Shown one piece after another: positions 38,770 to 51,275 of a DNA stretch of 64,000 nt. Source of the DNA: Mobula hypostoma (taxonomy: Eukaryota); contig NC_086097.1 of NCBI RefSeq assembly GCF_963921235.1, positions 165,108,001-165,172,000 of the forward strand. Direction: 5' to 3'. The notes under the pieces are model-generated. The model saw only the letters and a program-made list of their open reading frames with translations, was not told the origin of the DNA and ran no database searches. Every line of letters begins with the position of its first letter. Within the stretch, counting starts at the first letter, position 1. A program made the position numbers and the translations under genes.

Positions 38770-40258
38770 CAGGTTTCCCCCGCCATCCGAAGGTAGAGCG
38801 TTCCTATGAAACGGTTCGTTAGCCGGAATGTCGTAAAGCAAAGAAGCAATTACTATTTATTTATATGGGAAAATTTTGTGAGCATTCGCAGACCCAAAAA
38901 TAACCTACCAAATCATGCCAAATAACACATTAAACCTAAAATAACAGTAACATATAGTAAAAGCAGGAATGATATGATAAATACACAGCCTATATAAAGT
39001 AGAAATACTTTTCCATAATCATTGCCAGCACTGTTCTCTGAAGCGAAAATCTCACGCAAGCGCTGTTGGCAAAAACACTCTCTCCAGTAACCTTTAAGCT
39101 ATGAAGCTGCCAAATCGTACCAAATAACACGTAAAAATACACAGCCGATATAAAGTAGAAATAACGTATGTACAGTGTAGTATCACTTACTGGAATCGGG
39201 AAGACAGCTTGCTGAGCACACTGATGATGGTGTGTTAGGCTAAGTCGTCGCAGGTTGGGGTGGTGCAGTGGCCCCCACCTTCCAGGCCACCGACCGATAC
39301 CAAACCGTGAAGCATGCAGGGGTAGCTGGGATGCATTCAGCACATCTTTAAGAAAAAAGCTGAAATAAACATGCTAAGTAATTAGGTGCTGCCTGACACG
39401 TAATTAATTAGCATGTTTATTTTGGCTTTTTTCTTAAAGATGTGCTGCGTGTCTCCCGGCTACTGCTGCATTCTCCGCAAATCGGTACCTGTCCGCTGTC
39501 TGGGTGTTGGGGTGGTAGGACACTGAGGTGTCATCTCATCGTCTGTTTCCATTAGAGCAGGCAGCTCATCTTCTCCTATGACTGCCCGCCTCGATGTCGA
39601 AGGTTGAGGTTCGTCATCTGCTGTGGCTGATGTGGAAAGCTTGCTTGACTGCTGAGCCTCGTGCATTTTTCTATCATATAGTTCTTTGTAAGGACTCAAA
39701 CTATCTTGCAAATACTGTATGCCCTAAACTGACGTATCCTTTCAAAGTTAAAGTCGTACTTTATCATTGCGGTGAAAATCTCATGCAGTTGTTTCACGTT
39801 CTTTTCGCTACTGCATTTGGTTTCGATTGTTATCCTTTCCTCTTCCAATTGCATCAGCTCTTCATCCATCAATTCTTGGCCATGGGATGCCAAAACCTCT
39901 TCAACATCATATTCGTCAGCTTCCACAAGCCAAACTCATGTTGTCCTTACTTCGTTCAGCACGATCAAAATGCTTAATTATGTCTAGTTTTACGCTAAGT
40001 GTAACACCCTTACGCGCTCTTTCAGGCTTTTCCGATACCTTAGAACTCACCTTGCTAAAAGCTGCTCACAGGCACGTGTTTAAGCAATGCCGTTCCGAAT
40101 CCGGGGGGAGAGCAGCTGCCTTTTATCGCACGCTGATTTTTTTCATAACAGTGAAAACACCTTCTGTTAGTGAAAACAGGGTGCTAATATACACTTTGTA
40201 GATCTTTCGTAACAGTGAGGTTCGGTAAAGCGAATGTTTGAAAAGCGGGGCACACCTG
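38770..40258 (-). mobile_element. Internally deleted Tigger/pogo-like transposon, copy 1
   Basis: TA|CAGGTTTCCCCCGC ... GCGGGGCACACCTG|TA. The empty paralogous site 'gtggaaTAttcaagtgg' near 26627 confirms the TA duplication. Remnant peptides RKGVTLSVKLDIIK (HTH start) and DVEEVLASHGQELMDEELMQLEEE (pogo C-terminus). Confidence 0.9.
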
Positions 40259-40484
40259 TATTCAAGTGGTCATTTGCAAACTTGATGTGCAGCAATTTTT
40301 TTTTAAAGGAGAGCGGTGGTTTCCTCTGTGGGGTCCTTCATGAATACCATACATGTTCAGTGTTTTTCTTATAGTGGACACATGAACAGAGACTTCAGCA
40401 TGTTCTAGAGATTTCTGCGGGTTTTTTGGTGTTGCCTTTGGGTTCTTTTTCACCTCCTTCGGCATTGCACTCTTGGTATGATCT

Positions 40485-42078
40485 GCAGTATACCAGACAT
40501 TGAAGAGTGTCAGGGAAGTGAAGTACGTGCAGTGAAAATTACGATTGAGAAGGTGTTCAGGTAGCTTAACAGTCTGATGGAATGCACCCTTGGGTTTTGA
40601 AAGAAGTAGCTGGAGACATTGTGGAGGCATTAACAATGATCTTTCAAGAATCAATAGATTCTGGCATTGTACAGGATGACTGGAAAATTGCGAATGTTAC
40701 TCCACTATTTAAGGGTGGGAGGCAGCAGAAAGGAAACTTTCGACCTGTTAGCCTGACATCAGTGGTTGGGAAGTTGTTGGAATCGATTGTTAGGGATGAG
40801 ATTATGGAATACCTGGAGGCACATGACAAGATAGGCCAAAGCCAGCATGGTTTCCTGCAAAGAAAATCCTGCCTGACTAACCCACTACAATTTTTTGAGG
40901 AAATTACAAGCATGGTAGACAAAGGAGATGCAGTAGATGTGGTGTACTTGGATTTTCAGAAGGCCTACTGCACATGAGGTTGCTTAGCGAGATAAGAGCC
41001 CATGGAAGTTACTAGCATGGTGGAGCGACAGAAAGCAGAGAGTGGGAATAAAGGGATCCTGGAGTTCCACAGGGGTTGTTGTTGGGACTGCTGCTTTTTA
41101 TGATGCATGTCCATGATTTGGACTATGGGATTAATGGATTTGTGCCAAATTTGCTGATGATACAAAGATAGGAGGAGGAGCAGGGGTAGTGTTGAGGAAA
41201 CAGAGACCCTGCAGAGTGACTTAGATAGTTTAGGCGAATGGGCAAAGAAGTGGCAAATGAAATACAATGTTGGAAAGTGTATGGTCATGCACTTTGGTGG
41301 AAGAAATAAATGGGCAGTCTATTATTTAGATGGGGAGAGAATTCAAGATGCAGAGATGCAAAAGCACCTGGAAGTCCTTGTGCAGTATACCCTAAAAGTT
41401 AACCTCCAGGTTGAATCAGTGGTGAAGAAGGCGAATGCAATGTTGGCGTTCATTTCTAGAGGTATAGAATATAAGAGCAGGGATGTGATGTTGAGGCTCT
41501 GTAAGGCACTCGTGAGACCACACTTGGAGTATTAGGTGCAGTTTTGGGCTCCTTATTTTAGAAAGGATATACTGACATTGGAGAGGGTTCAGAGAAGATT
41601 CACAAGAATGATTCCAGGTATGAAAGGGTTACCGTATGAGGAACGTCTGGCAGCTCTTGCTGTATTCCCTGGAGTTCAAGGGAATGAGTAGGGAATCTCA
41701 TAGAAACATTCCAAATGTTAAAAGGCCTGGACAGATTAGCTATGGCAAAGTTATTTCCCATGGTAGGAGATTCTAGACAAGAGGGCACGATTTCAGGATT
41801 GAAGGATGTCCATTTAGAACAGAGATGTGGAGAAATTACTTTAGTCAGAGGGTGATAAATCTGTGGAATTTGTTGCCACGAGTGACTGTGGAGGCCAAGT
41901 CATTGGGTGTATTTAAGGCAGAGATAGATAGTTTCTTGATTAGCCAGGGCATCAAAGGTTATGGGGTGAAGGCAGGGGAGTGGGGATGACTGGAAGAATT
42001 GGATCAGCCCATCATTGAATGGCAGAGCAGACTCAATGGACTGAATGGTCTACTTCCGCTCCTATTTCTTATGGTCTA
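40485..42078 (+). mobile_element. CR1 LINE 3' half (RT)
   Basis: WKIANVTPLFK, NFRPVSLTSVVGKLLESI, QHGF and VYLDFQKA motifs. Paralog of 26856-28515. Confidence 0.92.
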
Positions 42079-43334
42079 AATAGCTTTTGGAGAGGGCATT
42101 ACCGTAGAGGTTCTCATACTTTTTTGAACCTAGACTGTGATTGTTTAAATGGGAAGAAGTACAATTGTTTGAGAGTTGTTAGTTTAGGTAGAATGTGTTT
42201 GTCTATTATTGTGACTTAGATGAAGATCAGACCACATGAGTAATTAATGCAGAAGACCAGGTAATTGTAAAGGGTTTACAAACTTTTTCTTGCAACTGTA
42301 TATAACAAATTATGAAGGGCATATATAATGAAAAGATTTTTCCCCATTGCAGATCTGTTTAAAATAGGAGATATAGGATAGAAGGTTCAGGGAACTCTGC
42401 AAAAGAATGTTTTCACCCCGAGGGAACACACTGTGTGAAGTGGAAGTGGAATTTCTCACAATGTTTCAGCATCTAGATGAGCACTTGAATTGCCAAGACA
42501 TATAATAATATGGACCAAGATCTGGTAATTGAGATTAGTATGTTGTTTAGCCTGCAGCGTTCTGGAGAGCTGAAGGATCCAATTCTGTCCTATGCCTCTA
42601 TCTCAGCAGAAATGATCTGGAGAAGTACTCAGCATGACAAGTAGCATCCATATAGAGAAATTACATTAATGTTTTGGGGTGGTGTCTTTCCATTAAAAAA
42701 AATCATAGTTTCATACAACATAGAAACAAGGATTTTAGCCCACTGATTGCAATAAAGTGCCTGTTTCTATGCTATATGAACCATACCAACTGTTAAGACT
42801 CTGATTGGGTTAATCCCATTTTATTCTCCCTACATTCCCTCCAGATTCTACCTGATCCAGAATAGTAAGATGCATGGAATCAACTCAAAATTGGCTTGGG
42901 TAAAGAAGACAAACTGTAGTGGTGGAAGGATGTTATTCTGACTGGAGGACTGTAACCAAAGGTGTTCTGCAGTCATCAATGCTTGGACTATTTATTTGTG
43001 ATAATGTAAAACTAACTCGTACAGCAACATAGATGACTGATTAGTATGTTGGCAACAACAAAAATTGCCAATCTCCTTCATTATCCAGAACGCTTCCAAA
43101 CGATACAGCAGAATATAGATCAATTGTAGAGATGAACAGAAAAATGTTGAGTTGACTTTAGTCCTGAGAAATGTAAGGTGTTGTATTTTGGGAGATCAAA
43201 TGTTAAGGAGAATGTACACAGTAAATGTTGAGACTCGCAGGAGTATTGAACTATAGAGGATTCTTTGGGATCCAGGTCCATAGCTTCCTAAAAGTAACAA
43301 GACAAATGTTTAGAGTGCTAAATGTAGTCATTGA

Positions 43335-45160
43335 GTCATAAAAAATTACAGCATATAAAAAGGCCTTTCAGCCCATCCAGTCTATGCCAAACCATATAAA
43401 TTGCCTAGTCCCATCAAATTACACCCAGGAATAGCCCTTCATACCTCTCCCACTTTTCTTGAACGTTGAAATCAAAATCACATCCACCACTTGCGCTGGC
43501 AGTGGTGTTCCACACTCACCACTCTGAGTGAAGAAGTTTCCCCTAGTGTCCCTCCTAAACATTTCACCTTTCACCCTTACTCATGAAAACTAGTTGTAGT
43601 TTCACCTAACCTCAGTTGAAAAAGCCTGCTTGTATTTACCCTATTTATACCCCTCACAGGCCTCCAGTCATAGAGGCAACCGTCTATTACCACACCCTGG
43701 CTTCTCTCCCAAAGCTATTATCTAATCTAATTTCTTACCTCATCTTGAACCTTCTTGACCAACCTCTCATGCAGAACCTTGTCAAAGGACTTGCTAAAGT
43801 CCATGTAGACAACATCCACTGCCTTGCTTTCTTAAATTAAACTTGCCTGATAACTTTCTTGAAAAACTCTTAAGCCCGGTTAGACATGACCTACCAAGGA
43901 CAAAGCCATGTTGACTATCCCTAATCAGTCCCTGTCTATCTAAATACATGTATATCCAGTCCCTTAGAATACATTCCAATCAATCATTTCCCCTCTACTG
44001 ATGTCAGGCTCACCGCCTTTAATTTCCTGATTTATTTTTAGAGCTTTTCTTAAACAACAGAACAAGATTAGCTATCCACTATCCTCCAGTACCTCAACTG
44101 CTACCAAGGATGAGTTAAATATCTCTGCTTAGGCCCCTGCAATTTCTGCACTTACCTCCCAAAGGAACACCTTGTCAGGCCCTGGGAATTTATCCACCTT
44201 AATTTTCCTAAGACAGCAAACACCTCCTTCTCTGTAATCTGTATACAGTCCATGTCTTTGCTGCTGCTTTGCCTTATTTCTGTAGACTCTGTGTCCATCT
44301 CCCAAGTAAATACAAATGCAAAAATTCCATTTAAGATCTCCTCATTCTTTTGCCTCCATGCAGATTACCATTCTGATCTTTGTCGACCAATTTTGTCCCT
44401 TGCAACCCCTTTGCTGTTAACTTATCAGTAGAAGCCCTTAGAATTCTGCTTCACCGTGTCTGCTAGAGCAACCTGTCTTTTTTTAACCCTCCTGCTTTCT
44501 TTGTGGTTTCTTGCATTTATTATACTCCATAACTACCTCATTTGTTGCTACCTGCCTACACCTGCTGTGCACCTCCTTTTTTCTTCTTAAACAGGGCATC
44601 AATCTATCTTGAAAACCAAGGTTCTATAAATCATTTATCCTTTCCTTTTGTTCTAACAGGCACATACAAGCTTTGTACTCTCAAAGGCATCCCACTTACC
44701 AAGTATACCTTTGTCAGAAAACAGCCTGTCCCAATTCATACTTGTCAGATCCTTTCTCCAATTTAGAACCTCAACCAGAGGATCAGACCTATCCTTTTAC
44801 ATGATTACCTTGAAACTAATAATATTATGATAACTAGATGCAAAGTATTCCCCTACATAAACTTGTCACCTGCCCTGTCTCATTCTGTAATAGGAGATGA
44901 AGTATTGCACACTCTCTTGTTGGGACTTCTGCCAACTGATTAAGGAAACTTTTCTGAACATACCTGACAAGCTCTGTCTTTTACAGTATGAGAGACCCAG
45001 TCAATACACAAAGTTAAAATCACTTCCTATCCCAACCTTGTGTTTCTTGCAACAGTCTGCAGTCTCTGTACACATTTGTTCCTCTAAATCCCAGATTGTT
45101 GGGTGGTCTATAATATAGCCCCATTAACATAGTCATACCTTTCTTAGTCCTGTCTGCCAC
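43335..45160 (-). mobile_element. Decayed CR1 LINE with internal deletions
   Basis: ORF 43794-43979 (-) reads ILRDWIYMYLDRQGLIRDSQHGFVLGRSCLT. The 3' tail is near 43340. Confidence 0.8.
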
Positions 45161-46831
45161 TAGAAATGTCAAATATGGCATACTTGCCTTCAGAGTATAA
45201 AAATCAGGAAGTCATGTTGCAGTTGTAGAAAAACTTTCGGCTGCATTTGGAATACTGTGTTTAGTTCTGTTTGCCCCATTACAGTAAGGATGTGAAGGCT
45301 TTGGAGAGGGTGCACAGGAGGTTGCTGATTGGATTAGAGAGGTTGGATAGATTTGGCTTATTTTCTCTGGGAGCAGAAACTGAAGGGAGACCTGATTAGA
45401 AAATGAGAGTCATAGGTAAGGTAGATAGCCAGAGTCTCTTTCTCAGGGTAGAAATGTTAAATACTAGAGGAGATGGCTTTAAGGCAAGAGGAGAGATGTT
45501 TAAGGAGATGTTTGGAGTTGATATTTTTTTTAACAACAGTGTCTGGAATGTACTGCCAGGGATGATAGTAGAAACATACATGATAGTGGTGTTTAAGATA
45601 CAGGTGTCCCCTGCTTTTCGAATGTTCGCTTTACGAAACCTCAGTGTTACTAAAGACCTACATTAGTACCCTGTTTTCGCTTTCAGAAGGTGTTTTCACT
45701 GTTACGAAGAAAGGCAGCACGCGCCCCGAGCAGCCGCTCTCCCCCGGATTCGGAACGGCATTGCTTTAACACGTGCCTGTGAGCAGTGTTAGCAGGGTGA
45801 GTTCTAAGGTGTCGGAAAAGCCTGAAAGAGTAAGGGTGTTACACTTAGCATAAAACTAGACATAATTAAGTGTTTTGATCGTGGTGAACGAAGCAAGGAC
45901 AAAGTGAGTTTGGCTTGTGGAAGTTGAGGAAGATGATGTTGAAGAGGTTTTGGCATCCCATGACCAAGAACTGATAGATGAAGAGCTGATGCAATTAGAA
46001 GAGGAAAGGATAACAATCGAAACCGAATGCAGAAAGTGAAGCAACTGCATGAGATTTTCGCTGCAATGATAAAGTATGACTTTAATCTTGAAAGGGTATG
46101 TAGGTTTAGGGGATATTTGCAGGATGGTTTGAGTGGTTACAAACAACTGTATGATAGAAAAATGCGTGAGGCTCAGCAGTCAAGCAAGCCTTCCACATCG
46201 GTCACAGCAGACGATGAACCTTGACCTTCGACATCGAGGTGGGAAGTCATAGGAGAAGATGAGCTGCCTGCCCTGATCGACGATGAGATGACACCCCCGT
46301 GTCCCACCACCCCAACACTCTGGCCCCGGACAGATACTGTACCGATTCGTGAAGAACGCAGCGGTAACCGGGAGGCACACAGCACATCTTTAAGAAAAAA
46401 GCCGAAATAAACATGCTAATTAATTAGGTGCCGCCTAGCACGTAATTGTCGGCCCAGATCAGAGGCGATGCAGTTGGCAATCGCCTCTGATCTGGGCCGA
46501 CATTTGTGTGCCGGGCAGCACCTAATTAATTAGCATGTTTATTTCAGCTTTTTTCTTAAAGATGTGCTGTGTGCCTCCCGACTGCTGCTGCGTTCTTCGC
46601 GGCAATGTATCAGGTCGGCAGCCCGGAGGGTGGGGGCCACTACACCACCCAGCCTGCGACGACTCAGTCGAACACACCATCATCAGTGTGCTCGGCGTTG
46701 TTTTCCCAATTCCAGTAAGTGATATTACACTGTACATACATTATTTCTACTTTATATAGGCTGTGTATTTTTATGTGTTATTTGGTAGATTTGGCAGCTT
46801 CATAGTTTAAAGGTTACTGGAGAGCGCTTTT

Positions 46832-48423
46832 CTAAAATATAATTTTTATTAAATTTTCAAAAAGAATACATGAAAAGATAAAACCTACCCACCCCCCTCC
46901 CCTTAACTCTCCCCCCCACATATATATAGTCCTACCTAAAAGAAAGAAAGAGAGAAAAAAAAAGAGCCGCCTGGGTATTGGAAGGTTTCCACACGCTCCA
47001 TGGGATTCAAAATAAATTTGGTATAATTATTCGTTACTTTCCCCAAGTAACCAAATTCTTTGTCGGAGCACTTAAATATGACATCCTATCTTTTGTAAAT
47101 AAGGGCGCCAAATATTCAAGAATGTTACATAATTATCTCTTAAATTATAAGTAATTTTTTCAAGTGGAATAGAACTAGCCATTTCATTATTCCAACGATC
47201 CATACTTAAATACGAATCAGATTTCCAAGTAACTGCTGTAGTCTTCTTAGCTACTGCCAATGCAATTTTTATAAATTCTTTCTGATATTTATTCAATTTA
47301 AGTTTCAGTTTTATCCCTTCAATATCACCTAATAGAAATAATACAGGTGGAAGTTGAATTCCAGTAATTTGTTCCAATAAGACTCTTAAATTTATCCAAA
47401 AGGGTTGAATTTTAAAACAAGACCAAGTAGAATGTAAAAAAGTACCAATGTCTTGATTACACCGAAAACATTTATCAGATAGATTTGAATTTAGTCTATT
47501 TATTTTTTGTGGTGTAATATATAATTGGTGTAAGAAATTATATTGTACTAGTCTAAGTCGAACATTTATTGTATTTGTCATACTGTCCAGACAAAGTCTT
47601 GACCAATTTATTTCATCAATATTAATATTCAGATCTGTTTCCCATTTTTGCTTTGACTTATGAGTTCCTGTTTAATTGTCTGTTCTTGAATCAAATTATA
47701 CATACAAGAAATAAATCTTTTAATTTTCCCTTTTTGAATTAAAATTTCTATTTCATTAGCTTTTGGCAAAAACATTGTTTGACCCAGCTTACCTATTAAG
47801 TAAGCCCTTAACTGAAAGTAACAAAAGAAGGTATTATTAGATATTTTATATTTATCCTTTAATTGTTCAAATGACATCAATATACCTCGCTCAAAACAAT
47901 CTCCTATAAATTTAATCCCTTTTTGGTACCAATTATATAAAAGTTGATTGTCCATTGTAAAAGGAATAAGTCTGTTTTGAAACAAAGGTCTCCTTGCTAA
48001 TAGAGATTTCTGTGTTTCATTATCAACATGAATATATTTCCGAGATTACAGTATTTGTTTCAAACATTACCAATACAATTGCCACAGAAATTTTTTCAAG
48101 AGTTAAATAAATCTGTGAGAAAATTTCTTTGGAAAGGTAAAATGTCAAGAATATCATTGGAAAAACTGACATGTAATTTTAGGTTAGGAGGGTTACAACT
48201 TCCAAACTTTAAAAATTACTAAAAAAGCAAATCAACTTAGATTTATTGCATCTTTTTTCGATGATCAAAAACCAGCATGGATTAAAATAGAACTAGACAA
48301 GATAGGAGAAAATAAACCTGAAGATTTTGTATATAAATGGGAATCTAAATGGATACGGGAAAAGAAAGAATCTCCTATATTAACACACTTGATTGATCTA
48401 TGGAATAAGATAAATGTTGATAA
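46832..48423 (-). mobile_element. 5'-truncated L1/Tx1-clade LINE with 5' inversion
   Basis: 13-bp TSD GGAGAGCGCTTTT (46819-46831 and 48424-48436). The minus part encodes CFRCNQDIGTFLHSTWSC (ORF2 CCHC). The 48028-48423 part is on the + strand (PRLQYLFQTLP...GGLQLPNF). Confidence 0.9.
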
Positions 48424-48613
48424 GGAGAGCGCTTTTATGCCAACAGCTTTTCTGCCAAGAGCGCTTGCGTAAGATTTTCGCTACGGAAATCTGTGCAGGC
48501 AATCGTTGTAGAGAAATATTTCTACTTTATATAGGCTGTGTATTTATCATATCATTCCTGCTTTTGATAGGTTATTTTTGGGTCTGCGAACGCTCACAAA
48601 ATTTCCCCATAGA

Positions 48614-50126
48614 CAGGTTCCCCCCGCCATCCGAAGGTAGAGCGTTCCTATGAAACGGTTCGTAAGCCGAAATGTTGTAAAGCGAAGAAGCAATTACCAT
48701 TTATTTATATGGGAAAATTTTGCGAGCGTTCGCAGACCCAAAAATAACCTACCAAATCATGCCAAATAACACATAAAACCTAAAATAACAGTAAAAGCAG
48801 GAATGATATGATAAATACACAGCCTATATAAAGTAAAAATACTTTTCCACAATCATTACTGAACTGTTCTCCGGAGCGAAAATCTCACGCAAGTGCCATC
48901 GGCAAAAACACGTGCAAGCGCTCTCCAGTAACCTTTAAGTTATGAAGCTGCCAAGTCATACCAAATAACACGTAAAAATACACAGCCGATATAAAGTAGA
49001 AATAATGTATGTACAGTGTAGTATCACTTACGGGAATCGGAACAGCGCCGAGCACGCTGATGATGGTGTGTTAGACTGAGTTGGAGTTTGGGTGGTGCAG
49101 TGGCCCCCCCACCCTCCAGGCCGCTGAACGATACATTGCTGCGAAGAACGCAGGGGTCCAGCGGTAGCCGGGAGGTACACAGCACGTCTTTAAGAAAAAA
49201 GCCGAAACAAACATGCTAATTAATTAGGTGCTGCCCGTAATTGTCGGCCCAGATCAGTGCCGATTTCCGATTGCGTTGTCTCTGATTTGGGCTGACAATT
49301 ACGTGTCGGCGGCACCTAATTAATTAGCATGTTTATTTCGGCTTTTTTCTTAAAGATGTGCTGTGTGCCTCCCGGCTACTGCTGCATTCTCCGCGAATCG
49401 GTATCTGTCCGTGGCCTGGGGGTTGGGGTGGTGGGACACTGGGGTGTCATCTCGTCGCCTGTTTCCATTAGAGCAGACAGCTCATCTTCTCCTATGACTG
49501 CCCGCCTCGGATGTCGAAGGTCGAGGTTCGTCGTCTGCTGTGGCAAGCTTGCTTTACTGCTGAGCCTCGCGCATTTTTCTATCACACAGTTCTTTAATAA
49601 GGACTCAAACCATCCTGCAAATATCCCCGAAACTGACGTACCCTTTCAAAATTAAAGTCGTACTTTATCATTACTCATTCGGTTTTCGATTGTTATCCTT
49701 TTTTCTTCCAATTACATCAGCTTTTCATCTATCAGTTCTTGGTTATGGAATGCCAAAACCTCTTCAACATCATCTTCGTCAACTTCCACAAGCCAAACTC
49801 ACGTTGTCCTTACTTTGTTCACCATGATCGAAACACTTAATTATGTCTAGTTTTACCGTAAGTGTAACACCCTTACGAGCTCTTTCAGGCTTTTCCGATA
49901 CCATAGAACTCATCTTGCAAACGGCTGTTCACAGGCTTGTGTTTAAGCAATGCCGGCGAGAGTCCGGGGGAGAGCGGCTGCTCGGGGCACGCTGCTTTTA
50001 TCGCGCACTGAATTTTTTTTTGTATCAGTGAAAACACCTTCTGAAAGCGAAAATAGGGTACTAATGTAGGTCTTTCATAACAGTGAGGTTTCGTAAAGCG
50101 AACGTTCGAAAAGTGGGGGACACCTG
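48614..50126 (-). mobile_element. Tigger/pogo-like element, copy 3, nested inside copy 2 in the opposite orientation
   Basis: CAGGTTCCCCCCGCC ... GGGGACACCTG|TA (left TA reads GA). Colinear with copy 1. Confidence 0.88.
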
Positions 50127-51003
50127 TAAAAAATGGTAATTGCTTCTTCACTTTGCGACATTTCGGCTTACGAACCGTTTCATAGGAACGCTCTACCTTC
50201 GGATGGCGGGGGAAACCTGTATATTTAGGCAGGCAGTTGGACATGCAGGAAATGGAAAACTACAGTTCATATGCAAGAAAATAGGTTTTGCTTAATTTGG
50301 ACTCATTTTGACAGACATTGTGAGCCAAGGAGCCTGTTCCTGTACTGTTACATGTAAAATAATGAGCCTATGGAATTCTCTACTTATAGAAGGCAGTTTG
50401 AGGTCAAATCATTAATCATATTGAAAATGAAGCTACAGACAGTTCAAATGGCTAAAGAAATGAAGGGAAAAAGACTGGAAAGGATTCAAATTTTGGATCA
50501 TTAGCTATGATCATATTGAATGGCAGATCAAACTTGAATGCTCATCTGGCCTACTATTTGCTATGTAAAATAGTCAACTAATATTAAAAGAATGGCAAAT
50601 GTCAGAAATCCAAATTGTTGCTTCTCTGTAATTGTTGAATGGAGTGCTAAATTTCATCAAGCACTGTATTCCTGGAGCTTGTATTGAGTTTTGTTGGACT
50701 AAAAGAGATGGGGACAGTAACATGCCTGTAAGGTCAGTCATGTTTCTGAACTAAAGGTATCCTGTAGAGTGGTTTCCCATTTTGTATTTAGTCAGTCTGT
50801 GGTGGAAGAGGCCACATTCTCATCTTTGTCTGAAAAATATCATGGACCTAAAATACTAACTGATAGTCTACAGAACCAGCCTGACTTGAGCTTTACCACA
50901 AGGAGTTGCAAACATGAAATGCTGTATCTGAGAGTCCATTCTTGGAACCAAAAAAATTATGAATCACCTTCTGTACTTTTATTTCTGTATCTTTCCCTTT
51001 AAG

Positions 51004-51172
51004 GTTGCTGAGATTCTAAAAATGCCTGCAATGAGAGTATATGAAGTGGCAACATTTTACACCATGTTTAATCGTAAGCCAGTGGGAAAGTACCACATTC
51101 AAATATGTACAACCACGCCATGCATGCTGCGAAACTCTGACGCCATTGTAAAATGCATCAAGGAAAAACTTG
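51004..51172 (+). CDS. NDUFV2: NDUFV2 exon 5, [56 protein letters not shown](G)
   Basis: ctttccctttaag| acceptor and |gtaagc donor. 169 nt. Contains EVATFYTM and the first two N1a cluster cysteines (CTTTPC). Confidence 0.98.
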
Positions 51173-51275
51173 GTAAGCAGGAAAAAAAATTCTCAAAGAA
51201 TAGAATTGTGTTTTTAGGTAGATGTGCTTCTAAACTGGATTTGATTACACGATCCTTTCAAATTCTTGAATGGAC

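Larger units (their letters stand above)
36741..42078 (+). repeat. Copy B (probable source) of the duplicated composite block
   Basis: Colinear with 23454-28515. Here the flanking elements continue beyond the block on both sides: CR1 to about 36480 and Tc1 to 42298. Confidence 0.9.
37942..42298 (-). mobile_element. Tc1-like transposon with ~200-bp terminal inverted repeats, interrupted by a Tigger-like element and a CR1
   Basis: TA|CAGTTGCAAGAAAGAGTTTGTGAAC ... GTTTACAAACTTTTTCTTGCAACTG|TA. Transposase remnants [12 protein letters not shown] and KNPKATPK...VHVSTIRKTL on the minus strand. Confidence 0.88.
45601..50219 (+). mobile_element. Tigger/pogo-like element, copy 2 (contains an L1 insertion and nested copy 3)
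   Basis: TA|CAGGTGTCCCCTGC ... GCGGGGGAAACCTG|TA. Pieces 45601-46831, 48424-48611 and 50129-50219 reassemble into the reverse complement of copy 1. Confidence 0.88.
42860..50350 (+). mobile_element. Old CR1 LINE split into about 42860-43330, 45165-45600 and 50220-50350
   Basis: Successive pieces follow CR1 RT-to-3'-tail order. 'gtttaagaTA' / 'TAtatttaggcagg' flank the Tigger insertion. Confidence 0.6.

Noticed and set aside
23454..42078. The duplicated block as an assembly artefact (haplotype duplication)
   Set aside because: The copies differ by many substitutions, indels and private kilobase-scale insertions, more than expected for alleles. Long-read confirmation is still advisable.
38770..50219. 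Domesticated TIGD-type gene or active transposase
   Set aside because: All three copies lack the DDE domain, are frameshifted and retain TIRs with TA duplications.
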